58,736 nt of DNA, from NCBI GenBank assembly GCA_943704425.1, contig CALSCP010000932.1, positions 1-58,736 of the forward strand, given 5' to 3'. Every line of letters starts with the position of its first letter. The first letter of the stretch is position 1. The translations under genes were made by a program, and so were the position numbers. Below, in pieces: positions 1 to 12,118 of this stretch. This DNA comes from Ministeria vibrans ATCC 50519 (Eukaryota > Protista > Filasterea). The notes under the pieces were generated by a model. The model worked only from the letters and a program-made list of their open reading frames with translations. It was not told the DNA's origin and searched no databases.

Positions 1-38
1 ACCCATCCATATATCTATCCTCATAATCTAACACACAG

Positions 39-359
39 TCACGACAACAAGCACACCAGCCGCCCTACAGCCGACCCGCCCCGCCTGTGTACCACGGGAG
101 CGCCCCGCAGCCACCTGGACTTGCCGCCGCCGACCACCGATCCGATTGCCTCAACCACGACTTCGACTTTACACTCCTTGCCGACAGACACCTTCATGGT
201 GTCAGAGCCCTAAGCCTCCTCTGGGGGTATGGCGTACCATTGCGATTGCCTCACTGGATAGCGTCGACACAGCACTATGACCTGCCACTGTTCTCCCATG
301 TTACCTCTAGAGTTTCGGTCGAGTTTGCAAGGCGGTCTGGCTGTGTCTTCGCGTGGTGA
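39..359 (+). CDS. Terminal exon of an unidentified gene entering from the left edge
   Basis: AG at 37-38 is followed by an open GC-rich frame ending ...SGCVFAW-TGA, then an AT-rich 3' region; no recognisable motif. Confidence 0.4.
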   Translation, partial: SRQQAHQPPYSRPAPPVYHGSAPQPPGLAAADHRSDCLNHDFDFTLLADRHLHGVRALSLLWGYGVPLRLPHWIASTQHYDLPLFSHVTSRVSVEFARRSGCVFAW

Positions 360-602
360 CTGTATCATATAAATGAGTTGTATTCTTCTTCTTCTATTTA
401 TTTTCCTAATTATTTACTTGATAAATATAATAATTTCTTCTTCTTAATAATTACATCATGTACATCTGTTCGCATTCTGTAGTTTGTCAAGTTGCGTTAT
501 CGCTTCTCTAGTATTGGTTAATTATAAGCCCCTTCCGGGGAACGTATTCTATGATATATATTAATGATCAACATTCTAATTTTCACTTTTATTCTCACAA
601 TC

Positions 603-1730
603 ATGTCAAAGCGAAAGCACGCGTCGCTACCGTGCGATGCAGAGGAGATCAGTGCCGACGACTACTACGCGAAGAGCAGCGAATTCCGCCTGTGGCTCGA
701 CGCCGAGCGCGACAAGCAGTTCTCTGCGCTCTCTCGCGACGACGCCACGAAGTACTTTGCCAAGTTCGTGCGCAGATGGAACGACGGGGCCCTGAAAGAC
801 ATGTACTACGTCGGCGTGAGTCCCACCGACCTGCTCTCCAAGCTGAACAAGGTTTGATTCGTCTTGTGTCTGTCGCGTCGTTTGTTTTCCGCTTGTCTGC
901 GAACCAGCCTCTGAACCACGCACACGCACACACGCACGCACACACACACACACACAGTGTCCCTTTTGACCAGATTTCTCTTCTTTTTTTTCGTTGACTG
1001 GATCTTCTCATCAGTCACTTTGTGTGTTGTTTAACACACTGTCTCTTGACAGAAATCCGCCTGGAAACACTCGAGCAAACTGAGTGCGGCCGAGCAGCAA
1101 AGCATGGACAGTGTTGCCAGTGCGGCCCACACCTCGTCGTCGTCCAAACGCTCCAAAGCGTCGTCGCATCAGCACCAGGAGCGTCATCGTGAGAGCGAGT
1201 CGGACCGCCGCGCTCGCAAAGAGACGGAACGCGAAGAACGCGATTACGAATCAAAGCGACGCGAACGCCACCGCAAAGAGCAACACCGTTCGCTCATGGA
1301 CGAAATGTGAGCGAAAAGACACACTCCTTATTATACGAGATATTCAATAATTATTTTGCCTCCTCTGCATAGTGCGCCTAAAGAGACCGGACGCGATGCA
1401 CTTATCGCCAAGAGAAGAGAAAAAGCAGCTAAAATTCACGGACGTGCACGAGAAGTCAGTTTAAAAAGGTCAAAATTCATTCCATTACATTGACTCTTTG
1501 CTGTGTAGGTCTCACCGGGAATAAGTGATCATGATTTGTACGGAGGAGGGAAAGATGACTCATCGCGACAACTGAGTCGGTTGAAGGAGAAGGCGCGAGA
1601 AAAAGAAAGCGCGCGCTCGGAACACGCGCGAACCGTACTGGCACGACACAATGAGAAGGAAGCACTGCGGATGGCGGAAATGAGGGCGCTGTTGGACGCA
1701 CGACTGGCACGCGAGGACAGTGCGAAATGA
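603..1730 (+). CDS. Style cell-cycle inhibitor 1 (SCI1)-like nuclear protein, multi-exon
   Basis: ISADDYYAKSSEFRLWL...FAKFVRRWNDGAL..MYY resembles the conserved SCI1-family block. It is followed by R/E/K-rich exons with GT-AG introns, ending ...AREDSAK*. Confidence 0.65.
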
Positions 1731-2050
1731 CACAGAGATAGAGACAGAGACAGTGATTGTTGTACTAAGGAAACCCGATACAAAATGAATGATCCATTTG
1801 AATGGCCCTTCTGTTTGGAAATTTGAAAAGGAGAGTGTAAAGCAATTGAGAGAAATGATCGCCAGAACGCATTTGTGGCAGTAGAAATGGTTTGGCTGTG
1901 GTTGACAGTCAATCGACGACAACAAAAACATTATTGACACGACGCAAAACTGAAAACTTGTCTTTTTGTGTTTGTTTCTCAAGACTGAAATTTTTCTTGT
2001 TTTCATCATAAATTTAAGGACCAGATACACAAAAAACATTAAAAATAGAG

Positions 2051-3547
2051 TTAAGATTGGACAACTGCGCCTGAGTCTTCCTTTCCTTTGAATTTGGGCT
2101 TGCCCAGTGAGAGTGGCACATACCGATACTTGATCATATGCCTAAGGAATGAGGAAGAGAGTAAAATAATGAAGTATGAAAAATGTGTGGAAGGCAATAC
2201 GAAAACAAATGAGACACACTTTGTGTGCTAGAATACGAGGGGTGCGTAAGAAGCACGAGTGGAAGATCGATTGAAAGGGTTATAATAAAAAATAATTGGC
2301 CCTTACTTGATTTGTTTTTTCATCGTGATTGCAAAGAGCATAATGAAATAAACGACCAAAATGGGCCAAAAGACAGGAACATCAAAGACAGAGAAAAAGG
2401 TACAAAACAAAGCAATCAGAGTCGCATAGGTAATGCCAAGCCTAAAAAGAAAAGAGGGTGTAATTAGGGATACGGTGAGCGTGTTGGCGTTGGTGTAATT
2501 GCCTCTACGATGTGCTCTTGTTAAGGTTAGGGTTACACTTATGGGAATTCAATTGTCATTAGCGTTAGGAATGCACGTCATGTCGTTTGGGGGTTAGGTA
2601 TCAAATTGAAAATGGCACATGTTGAAACAAAGCTTTGTCATACCAAAACTTGAATTCGGGCAATCGTCGAATGAACGGTTTATACTGAAACAAAATAGAA
2701 AAATACACCAATGAGACATATAAAAAAAACATAGCATGGCTTGTTCTTACCTCATCACCACTTTTGGTGGGCAGTTGTAAACCATCGTCATCCGGAGTCT
2801 AAAAAGTCAATGAACTTAGACGCTCTCACGCTCGCTCTATCTTTGCAAAAGTATATACATCTGAATCATTGGAGAGTGCCGGATCGACTTTTGGGGTGAG
2901 GAAGAGAATGAGCTGGTTGAGGAGATAGATGCCCAATGCATAGGTGACAATGTAGAACCCTTCGACCATGTAGACGCGGAAGGCGTACAAGTCCATCACG
3001 ACGAAGGTTAAGAACCAGCGAAGGTACGTGCGAGGCGTCAGGTCGTCCAAGATCTTTTGGTGTCGCTGTACATGTGTGCGTGGGGGTGTGGGTGTGGGTG
3101 TGGGTGTGGAAGTGGGCCGAGTGTTAGCCTTGTGTGAGCGGATAATAAGATATTACCATTCTGAGTGACTGAAAAATCATTGACACTTTGGATGCTAAAA
3201 CAAATACAACAATCGAGTGGTGTCAGTGGGAACGAGGTGTCTCGGCACAGCACAGAGGCGATAGCACGGCGCGCCGCGAGCAGCAACGGCGTCGAGAGAG
3301 ACGGGAAAGCGAAAAAAGCAAGAACGCGTCGCCACACACACTCTGCGGGCCCAAGGAGTCCTCTCCAACGCACCACCCGAGAGTAATCTCAACCACACAG
3401 GCTAGCTTACGTGTTTCAAGCGGCGCGGCGCCTCCAGCGTGCGTTGAGCCATCATCTAACGGAATCACGAAAAAGCACAGAAAAAGATCAGGAGAGAAAT
3501 ACACTTTGCTTGCATCCAACGTCCCACGTGGCCTTACCAGGAAGCAT
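2051..3547 (-). CDS. RER1: Protein RER1 (Golgi-to-ER retrieval receptor), multi-exon
   Basis: GFYIVTYALGIYLLNQLILFLTPKVDP, plus a FDVPVFWPILVV-type exon and a last exon HMIKYRYVPLSLGKPKFKGK. The start codon at 3547 is tentative. Confidence 0.9.
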
Positions 3548-3983
3548 GGCGAAAATGTCGGCAAATGAGGACGAAAATTTGTGTAAATAACTCAAACTGT
3601 TGACTGAAAGTGTAATGTGGCGGTTCAGATTGAGTTAACCAAGTTTGGATGAATATCATCAACAATCGTATTATAAGCGTATCTGTGCCTAGTGTGGGTA
3701 TATGCGTGCTCTATCTTCTTGGTGGGCTAGGGCTAGCATATGACGAAAGCATTGTATTACTCTGCGATTACTCATTATGGTATACGTTCACTGTAATCAC
3801 TTCACTTGATTTATTCCTATTATGCGTTTGCTCTTAATAGAAACATCTCTTTTCTGAGTCTTCACATCTTAACGAACCGATCTCTTGCTTGGCACGCTGA
3901 GGTATTCCTGAGTACAGCGATCACAGGGCGGTTCGGCGGGTGTGCGTTGGGCTGAGTGGGCTCTCGTGAATACTCATTTCATT

Positions 3984-5245
3984 ATGGTCTCTCAACGCGT
4001 GATTGCCTCGGCCGTCACGCTCACCGTCCTTGTCGGCGCAGCTTCATTGGTGTACATCTGGCAAAGGGCGGCTGTGCCCCTTCAAACTGCGGTGAGGGAA
4101 GATTTCGTCGCAATTCCCTCTCTTGCTCTTACCGCCACAACCACGCCAACCATCTGCTTCGTTGGCGCACGGCGGGCCGACAGCGTCCTTCGTAGCGGCT
4201 GTCGCACGACCCGCTTTGCGCCAGCAAGACATCCGCCGCAGCGCTGCGACGCATTCTACTACGTTCACTTGAAGACACAGTCGCACACCATCGACTCAAT
4301 GGTGAGTCGCTCAACATACCCGACCGCACCCTTCATCATGGGCATGTTTGAGTCACCTGCTCCGGACCGTGATGCGTACTCGTACCGGCTCAAGGGCCCG
4401 CACTGGTCCCGTCTTCATCCGCTCTGGACCTACACCTACCGCCACGACTCAACACTCCCCGACAGCAGCCGTACACGGGTGCCGTGATCTGGAACAACCC
4501 CACTTGGTCACCTCAGCCGAAGCGTGAAGGTCATTTTATGATGCACGCTGTGAGCAACATTTACGCGCGGCGACGCATTGTACTTCTCCGCAAGCTCATT
4601 GCGGCTCTCCCCGCCCCTCTCCGGACACATGTGCATGGATACGGGAAATTCATGGGCGATCATCGCAATAGAACACTTTCCGGGTATGTAACAGTGCACA
4701 AGACACACCTTGTCTTACATTGTGTGTTTGTTTTTCGCTTTTTTTTTAGTCTCAACTCTCTCACACCTATTGCGCGTTCGTACAAGTTTGTATTTGCCTT
4801 TGAAAACTCCGCCTGCTTCGACTATATCACGGAGAAATATTGGCGCGCTATTGGGGCGGAAAGTATACCGGTGGTCTTTGGGGGACACACAAACTACTCG
4901 CGAGTACTCCCGCTTAACAATGGCCAGCCGACGGCGCTTCTTCTGAGCGACTTTGACTATAACATGACTGCACTTGTGGAGCACATGTTGTACCTCGATA
5001 GCAACGAGACTGCCTACAATGCATATTTGTTGTGGCGTCGTCTTCCTCCATCCCAGCTCAACCCTCTCTTTGTGGAGCTTATGCAACAGAAGGAAGGGTC
5101 TCTCGACCACGCGTGTCGCATTCTTCAAGGACACAGCCCTCTTCCCGTGCCCGTTGTCGATGTTGAGCGGTGGTGGAATAGTGGGGTCACAGAGGACCAG
5201 CCCGCATGTGTCCCCATGAAGGCCCCCGCTCCGAACATTGCGTAG
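3984..5245 (+). CDS. Alpha-1,3/4-fucosyltransferase (GT10), with an apparent frameshift at ~4457-4460
   Basis: N-terminal TM anchor, then FESP and WTYTYRHDS motifs and the GT10 signature YKFVFAFENSACFDYITEKYW..IPVVFG. Probable 66-nt in-frame intron at 4684-4749. Confidence 0.8.
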
Positions 5246-5396
5246 AAGAAGAAGAAGTTGTATTTATTATAGTGTATATAAAATTTACAAAATAAATGGA
5301 TCGAGACTGGGAGGGAGGGGTGTTTATTCTCTACTTTTTACCGCTCAATCAAATCGAATTTGTCTCATTCAATGGAATCCAAAGATGTATTCAAAA

Positions 5397-6688
5397 TCAG
5401 TCTTCCAACCAACGCGCAATGTGATCATTCACAAACACATTGTTAGGGTCCATTTCACTGCGTACCATAGCAAACTCATCCCCTAAAAAAATTATTATTA
5501 TTTTAGTCTAGTCAAGTACGAATGTCGGGAAAAGGCACGAGCGTACATTGGCAGCCAATCCAAGCGTTTCAAGGAATAAAAAACAAATTCCAATTGCAAT
5601 TGAACATCGCCACACACGCACACACAGAAAGCATAATACGCACATACACACAATCATACTCACATGCGCACACACACACAATCATATACATGCACACCCT
5701 CAATCACACGCGCCCTCCCTCTGCACTTACACTTTGGATAGAGCGCCCTAAAGCGTGCACCCCGGACGTCAAACATCTTCCCCAAGTGCGGTCGACCCCC
5801 CAGCGCAATGGCCGTCTCCTGCAACATCCCAAAAAAGTCGGCAAGTACTGTTGGACGCGAGTGGAACTGCAGTCCCGTAGCATAACACGCAGTCCGCCCG
5901 TAACTCCCCGATAGCGCAAATGAGTCGCTCGCGGTGAACCGCAGCTCAATCAAATGCAAAATCGGTTCATTTTGAGACACCCACTCGTAAATCTGAAGAA
6001 AAGAAAAAACACAGTATGAAACAACAGAGCGAGAGAAAAATCAAAAGAAAGTGATGAAAAATGATACATGAACTCAGAGAGAGAGAGAAACAAGAGAGAA
6101 ACAAAGTAATGGAGAGAGGAGAGGAGAGAGGACTAGTAAAACAAATACCTTTGTCATATACTCTGCACAGTTCTCAATGGGCACTGCAAATTCCGTCTCA
6201 GCGTGACTATCATACATTACATGATCAGTACTTTCTTATACAAAAATTATAACTAATATCTCACAAAGTGGTGATTTTGTGTGACTCTCAGTGTGTGGAT
6301 GATCTCTTACGCCATAATATGCAATGGAATCGTCAGTGCGTCGCGAGAACGAGCGATGCGGTCCACACTCCCCAATCTACCAATCACGACAGTCAGAATC
6401 ATGATAATTGTCCCATGAGTGCACACGAGAAATCGCACACAATCGAATAATATAATACTTATTATTATAAGTAATCAATATCCATATCACAGAGTACAAC
6501 CCCCCCACTTTTGTACAATCTATTCACACCGTCAGACCGTCATATTTGTGATTGACTTACGCTCCTCCTTTCATTAGCTGTTGCAAAATCCTGAAGAAAA
6601 ACAAACACAAAAGTCGATTGAATGAGATCCTTCATATCCATTCAAATCGTTACCATTTGGCTGATTCTGGAAAGTAATCACCAAACTG
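5397..6688 (-). CDS. Aldonolactone oxidase (L-gulonolactone / D-arabinono-1,4-lactone oxidase family), C-terminal part only
   Basis: Spliced exons give HAETEFAVPIE, IELRF, GGRPHLGK and YPKWDEFAMVRSEMDPNNVFVN, typical of the ALO domain. The N-terminal FAD-binding domain is not present in the window. Confidence 0.75.
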
Positions 6689-6786
6689 CTGAATAAGCTC
6701 AACACAATAAGCCTAACCCCCCCCCCCCCCCCCCCCTCCTCTCTCACTAATGACTCCTTTTATAATACTGACGCATGGTTGTTTAG

Positions 6787-7368
6787 ATGGGATCGTTTGG
6801 AATTGACGACGATCACCGCATGACACACGCGCTACTGCGCGAGACGACTGCGCCCGTGGCTATGTGCACGGGCTACTGCAATTTGACGGATGAGTATGCG
6901 GAGGCGCTGGTGCGCGAGAACACCGCACCAGCGGTGGATGTCGTTGCGGCCGGTCCCCTTGCCAATGGGTTCTTTGGAGCGGCTGGAATCAAGGGCTATG
7001 TGCCCGTCGTGTATCGGTATGCACTGCAACGCATGTGGGAGCGTATTGGACGCGCACAACAGCATGCACGGGTGCATCTGTGGGAGTGGGAGCGCTACGG
7101 ATGGACATTTCATGCGAAGGGACTGTGGGCCGACGACTCTACCGTCACAACGACCCTCATTGGTTCGCCCAACTTTGGCTGTCGCTCAGCCTTTCGTGAC
7201 TTTGAGCTTCAGTTTGCCCTGTGCAGTGCACACACGACGACGCGCGCACAACTGCTGACGGAACGCGATCGTCTGATGGCACGTGCAGAGCGGTTTCATC
7301 CCCCAGCGGACGCACACGTCCCTCTCATTGTGCGTCTTGCCTATCGCTATGCTCGTAACTACTTTTGA
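6787..7368 (+). CDS. PGS1: PLD-type phosphatidylglycerophosphate synthase, last exon only
   Basis: TGYCNLT, NGFFGAAG, WTFHAKGLW, TLIGSPNFGCRS..RDFELQ and a terminal RNYF all match PGS1. The exon is preceded by a splice acceptor; upstream exons are absent. Confidence 0.88.
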   Translation: MGSFGIDDDHRMTHALLRETTAPVAMCTGYCNLTDEYAEALVRENTAPAVDVVAAGPLANGFFGAAGIKGYVPVVYRYALQRMWERIGRAQQHARVHLWEWERYGWTFHAKGLWADDSTVTTTLIGSPNFGCRSAFRDFELQFALCSAHTTTRAQLLTERDRLMARAERFHPPADAHVPLIVRLAYRYARNYF

Positions 7369-7474
7369 GACGACGAATGTCCCTTTCGATATTTCGGCAG
7401 GGAGGAATATAATATTGTGTAATTTTTTTACTGGTACTGCAAAGATCTCAAGAAGAAGGGGGAAAATGTGATAG

Positions 7475-9004
7475 CTACGTTTCGGAATGATCAGTCACGT
7501 CGTGATTGATGTCATAGAGGCTCTCGTGGGCCAGTGCATCCGCCCACTCGTGCTCCACGACAATGACGTCATGGGCAATGGCAATGTGGTACGATGGGGT
7601 GCGTGGCAGGAAGGCCTTGCTTAGGAACAGCCCGCCTGCGTGCGACTCGGCGTGCATGCGTGCGTGCGTGCGCAGTGCCTCATCCGCGGCACTATCCACC
7701 TAACAATGCGCACGAAAATTGACAAACAATTATTGATGAAGTGAGTGGGATGAAGCACACACAAACATATTAGTTTCTCTCTCCCTCTATCGCGTTCTAT
7801 CCTTTGATTCTCACATCACTTTGTTTCTTTCTACCATTTGTGTGTGTGTGTGTGTGTCTCTCTCTCTATCCCTTTGTTTTGTTTCTCTATCACTCTGACT
7901 TTTTGTCTCTCTCTCTATAACTTTGTTTCTCTCTCTCCCTCATTTCTCTCACTATCGAATCTTTATCTTACTTCGTCTTCTTCCGGGTCCTCTCCCCCAA
8001 TCTCCTCCATTGCTTCGTGTAGCAGCTGCGTCATAATGCGTTGGTAAATGGTATACTTTTTCAGCTCAAACTCAAAGTAGTCCCCTAAAGAGAAAAGGAA
8101 AACTTCATATCGTTTTACATGCGAGTTAAAACGAACCTTGAAGATTGTAGTTGATTTCCTGTTGCTTAGAGCGGCTTTGTGAGAAAGTCTAAACAAAAAG
8201 GATGAGCGTTGAATTTCGGTGTCTCTCGTGCCGTACCTTTGTATGTTGACTGAGCTTCTTCGCAAACTCATCGCACATTGCACTGTGATGCTCGACCTGC
8301 TCAACCTAAAAAGAAAAGGATAAGGTGAATGACTGTGAGTGATTAAGATATGCGCATGTGTGAGGGTACTTCGTTGAGGCGGGTGCGACTGCTGGGCTGA
8401 AGAGGACGATTGAAGACGTGCTGGCTGCCCATGGGCGCAGGCAATGGGGGTGCTGACTGCTGCGCCGCGAGCTGGTTGATGCTCCCCAACCACGCACGCA
8501 TCTCGTGTGCACTGAATTGCATTAGTAAATTGGGCTGGTGTGTCGATAGATTTTTTGTTCGTACTTTCTTGCTTGGAAGAGATACTCTTGATACCGATTG
8601 GTAGTGACGCGAAACACATTTTCACGCTTCTCGTACCACGACGCAACCTACACATATAAAAAAAGAACAAAAGAACAAATGATTGAGTCTGCGACGCGAA
8701 AAGTGACACACACACACACATGCAGAAAGAAATAGTGTGTGAGTAGGTGTATGTTGTGTCACTCACCTCTGCAACCGCGTGACGCAGAGTGACGCGGAGA
8801 CCAATCACCTCGTGCTGCAAACACACAAACACACGCACACACCAATGAGTGTCAGTTGTTCCTCTCATCACTCTTCTTGTTTGATTGTCAATTACTTTGC
8901 GATGAAGCGGGTCTTTGACGCGCGGGTCGTGCGCGAGAAACAAGCACGATCCGATGAGCATTGCGTGTCGCGAGTGCCACCGTCGATTCTACGCCATTCC
9001 ACTG

Positions 9005-9071
<67 letters not shown>

Positions 9072-9367
9072 TACTTATATAATACACCACACACATACAG
9101 ACAAACATAGCCTCTCTTTCTATCACTCTGTTTCTCTCTCTCTATCACTCTGTTTCTCTCTCTATCACTCTGCTTCTCTCTCTCTATCACTCTGTTTCTC
9201 TCTCTCTATCACTTTGTTTCTCTCTCTCTATCACTCTGTTTCTCTCTCTCTATCACTCTGTTTCTCTCTCTCTATCACTCTGTTTCTCTCTCTCTATCAC
9301 TCTGTTTCTCTCTCTATCACTTTGTTTCTCTCTCTCTATCACTTTGTTTCTTTCTCCCTCCCTCCTC

Positions 9368-9457
<90 letters not shown>

Positions 9458-10532
9458 GTTCTGGTGGTCATACTGCTGGATATACCTTTGCGCGCTTCAA
9501 GTTGGAGTCAACGAGACGCTTCATAATGAGAACCCCTTCGCGTGTCACCTCCTGCTCTCCCTCATCATCCTGATGCATTGCACTCAGCGACAACTGCACC
9601 TCAGATTTCATGTTCTACACGTACAGATGTATCCAGACAACAAATCATAAATCGTTCTCTGACTGGCGTCGCATCGACTGAACCCCCGTCCCTCTCTGCC
9701 TTACCCCTCCTTCGCTGAGACGGTGCTGTGGCGGCTCATTGATACGCTTCTGTTCTGTCTCGTCTTGTGGCATCCAAATCTCCGTTCGTTTCACATCCGC
9801 ATACAACTCCTACAACAGTCCGGCCATCCGTGAAAAGGGGGCACGGGTGCACTCGGGGGGATACCTTGAGAAACTGCGTGTCGATGGCCGCACCGCCATC
9901 GAGTTCGCGACAGTTTGTGATGAAGCTCTTCACCGACATCTTCTTTTCGACGTTCTGGTTGTGCAAGTCGGTGTTGAGCAGCACCAAGGCAAACGTCAGC
10001 CCGTACACGGCCAGGGGAGACGCAAAGGCAGTGGGATTCTGCGCGTGGTAGTGGTCTGCGAATGCGTCGAGAATGCGTCCTTTCTCCTGAGTCTCCCCTG
10101 CAACAAAAAAAGGGCCCGCCGCAATCAAATGGGTGCTGAAACAGCCACAGGCGCATGGATACCTTTGAATGTGAACGCGCCCATGAGTTCGCGAAGGGAC
10201 TGGAGCAGCTTCTTGCCCTTAAAATCCCAATGCGACATGTACGCCTTGAGCGTCTGCTGCGAATGCTCGTCGCTACCAAAATCAACACAGAGAGCGGGTG
10301 TGGGTGAATAGAGGGAGGCGGAGGGGGTGGAGGGGGGCAAAGGGAAGCTAGTGGGGGACGTGGAGCATGCAGGTGGGGCGGCGGGAGGAGGCAGAGAGAG
10401 CCAATGAATGACATACGTTCCGATGAGCTGTTCGCAAATGGTTTCGTGTGTATGGCCATCTTCTTTGGCATGCAGCTTCTTGGCAAGTTCCGCAGCAGTC
10501 TCAGCTGTCGACGATGATCCCGAACCAGTCAT
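7475..10532 (-). CDS. PSD: Sec7-PH Arf GEF of the EFA6/PSD family, multi-exon
   Basis: Sec7 motifs GETQEKGRILDAFA and LVLLNTDLHN. The post-PH block WLGSINQLAAQQSAPPLPAPMGSQHVFNRPLQPSS and the coiled-coil YFEFELKKYTIY match EFA6/PSD. Start is tentative. Confidence 0.8.
9005..9453. repeat. Intronic compound microsatellite: (CA)n, CTCTCTATCACT[CT]TGTTT units, (CT)n
   Basis: Directly visible in the sequence. Confidence 0.95.
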
Positions 10533-10733
10533 CGATTGCGCTACAGCACTGAATGTTCTCAAAAAATATGAAAACTTTCAAAAATGAGACCAGAGAGAGT
10601 CAGAGTCGCACAGTACTACTAAAAGTTAATCGATTTTTTTAACGGTGCCAAAACCAAAATAATTGATATAGTAATTCTGAACCCATTGTCCAGTCCCATT
10701 CCACAGGTAGTGAGTACCCTTCATGATTTGACG

Positions 10734-12118
10734 TCATACAATCAAAGACTTTGGAACAAGAGTGAACTTGATGAGACACGAAGGGCCGTCGCAGTGGGGC
10801 GCAGTGGACTCCCAAAGGAGACCGAGAGCACGGGATGAGGGTGGGAGGGCGGAAAGGCATGCATAGGCGGCGTCAGATGGGGAGACGAGAAAGGAGTGGG
10901 GCCATGAGTGGCCGTTGTCGTCGCTGCGGCGGATGCGCATGTTGTCGCGGGAGACCTTGGACGCCGGGTTGGCAAAGTAGAGAGTGCCATTGGAGGGGGA
11001 AGGATCGCTGAGAATGGATGCCATGCACACGGGCGAGATGAGCTGCGGAGCGGGTGTGGTGGTGCCAAAGGACTCGCCGCCGTTGTGAGAGATGGCGACG
11101 CCGCGGCAGTCGCCTGGCAGGTAGTGGTTGTTGCGCATGTTGGCCATGACGTCGCCCGTCGATAGCTCCACCAGCTGCGCCTCATCCATGTGAGGGAACA
11201 CTGTCTGCGAGAGGTTGTAGGTCGCTCCACCGTCGTCCGTGTAGAAGACGACGTCGTTCTGGTACGCTCCGTAATGCGCAATAAAAAGCATGCGACCTGC
11301 GTGAGGACCGTGTTGCAACTGGATGCCTGTGCCAGGCCCCGTGTCGGCGCCCTTCCACTGGCCCAGGAATCCGCCAATGTTGTGCGGACGTGTCCACGAC
11401 ACGCCGTCTTTGCTCGTCGATTGGAAGTTGCTTCCATTAGCACAGAATTGCAGCACAGTTTGAGAGCGCACCGCGTCCCACACAATCGTTGGTTGCGACT
11501 GTGTGTAGTCCGTGCCGAAAGGCACAACCAAAGACGACCAAGTGAGTCCCCCGTCAAAACTCTGCTTGGTGCACACAACACGCGATGCCCCATTTGAAGG
11601 TGGTCGTGCGACGGTCGCAGTGGGAATGCAGCCGTCGCCCGTGGTGAAGCGACACTCGGCAAACGCAATGAGACTGTGCGGTGTCAACACCACAGCGGGA
11701 ATGCGAATGCACGGAAAGCCGCCCTCGCCGTGCGTGAACACGTCCACACTCGTCAGGTTGGGGACGCACGACGCGTACACCTGCGCCAGCTGCGTGTCGC
11801 GCGTACAGTACGCCGTGCCGTTCTCGTAGTGCTGTCCAGAGACGTCGAGGGTGGAGGCGGCGTAACAGCGCCACTACGCAAGAAGGGCTCGTGCGTTATC
11901 ATCCCATGCCAGTGCGTGGTGTTCACCTGGTCGATGGCACGGTGTGCGTTGGTGTCGTGCAGCGCGTAGAGCGGTCCTGATCCGGCGGGGAGATCATTCA
12001 AGCAATTTGCTGGCTCGTTGCACCACGCATCCATACGATCCTGGCACGAGTCGCTCAAAACAAGAGTAACAGTGCCAATCACGACCAGGAGGGTGCTGGA
12101 TACGGCTGGGAACTTCAT
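10734..12118 (-). CDS. Secreted GH33 sialidase with an N-terminal Cys-rich (MAR-like) module
   Basis: Signal peptide MKFPAVSSTLLVVIGTVTLVLS, RIP motif (CIRIPA), Asp-boxes SFDGGLTW, SKDGVSW, TDDGGATY, SHNGGESF and SDDNGHSW, and late AAYA and LLWE motifs. One intron at 11874-11926. Confidence 0.9.

Noticed and set aside
8779-9573. ORFs rich in SL/HT/RE/VC dipeptides (also at 14012-14716, 15870-16566 and 57378-57996)
   Set aside because: They are largely translations of intronic microsatellites.
10734-10737. ATGA stop/start overlap suggesting operon-like coupling of the sialidase and EFA6 genes
   Set aside because: A better EFA6 start exists at 10532, no supported exon links the upstream ATG, and the overlap is probably chance.
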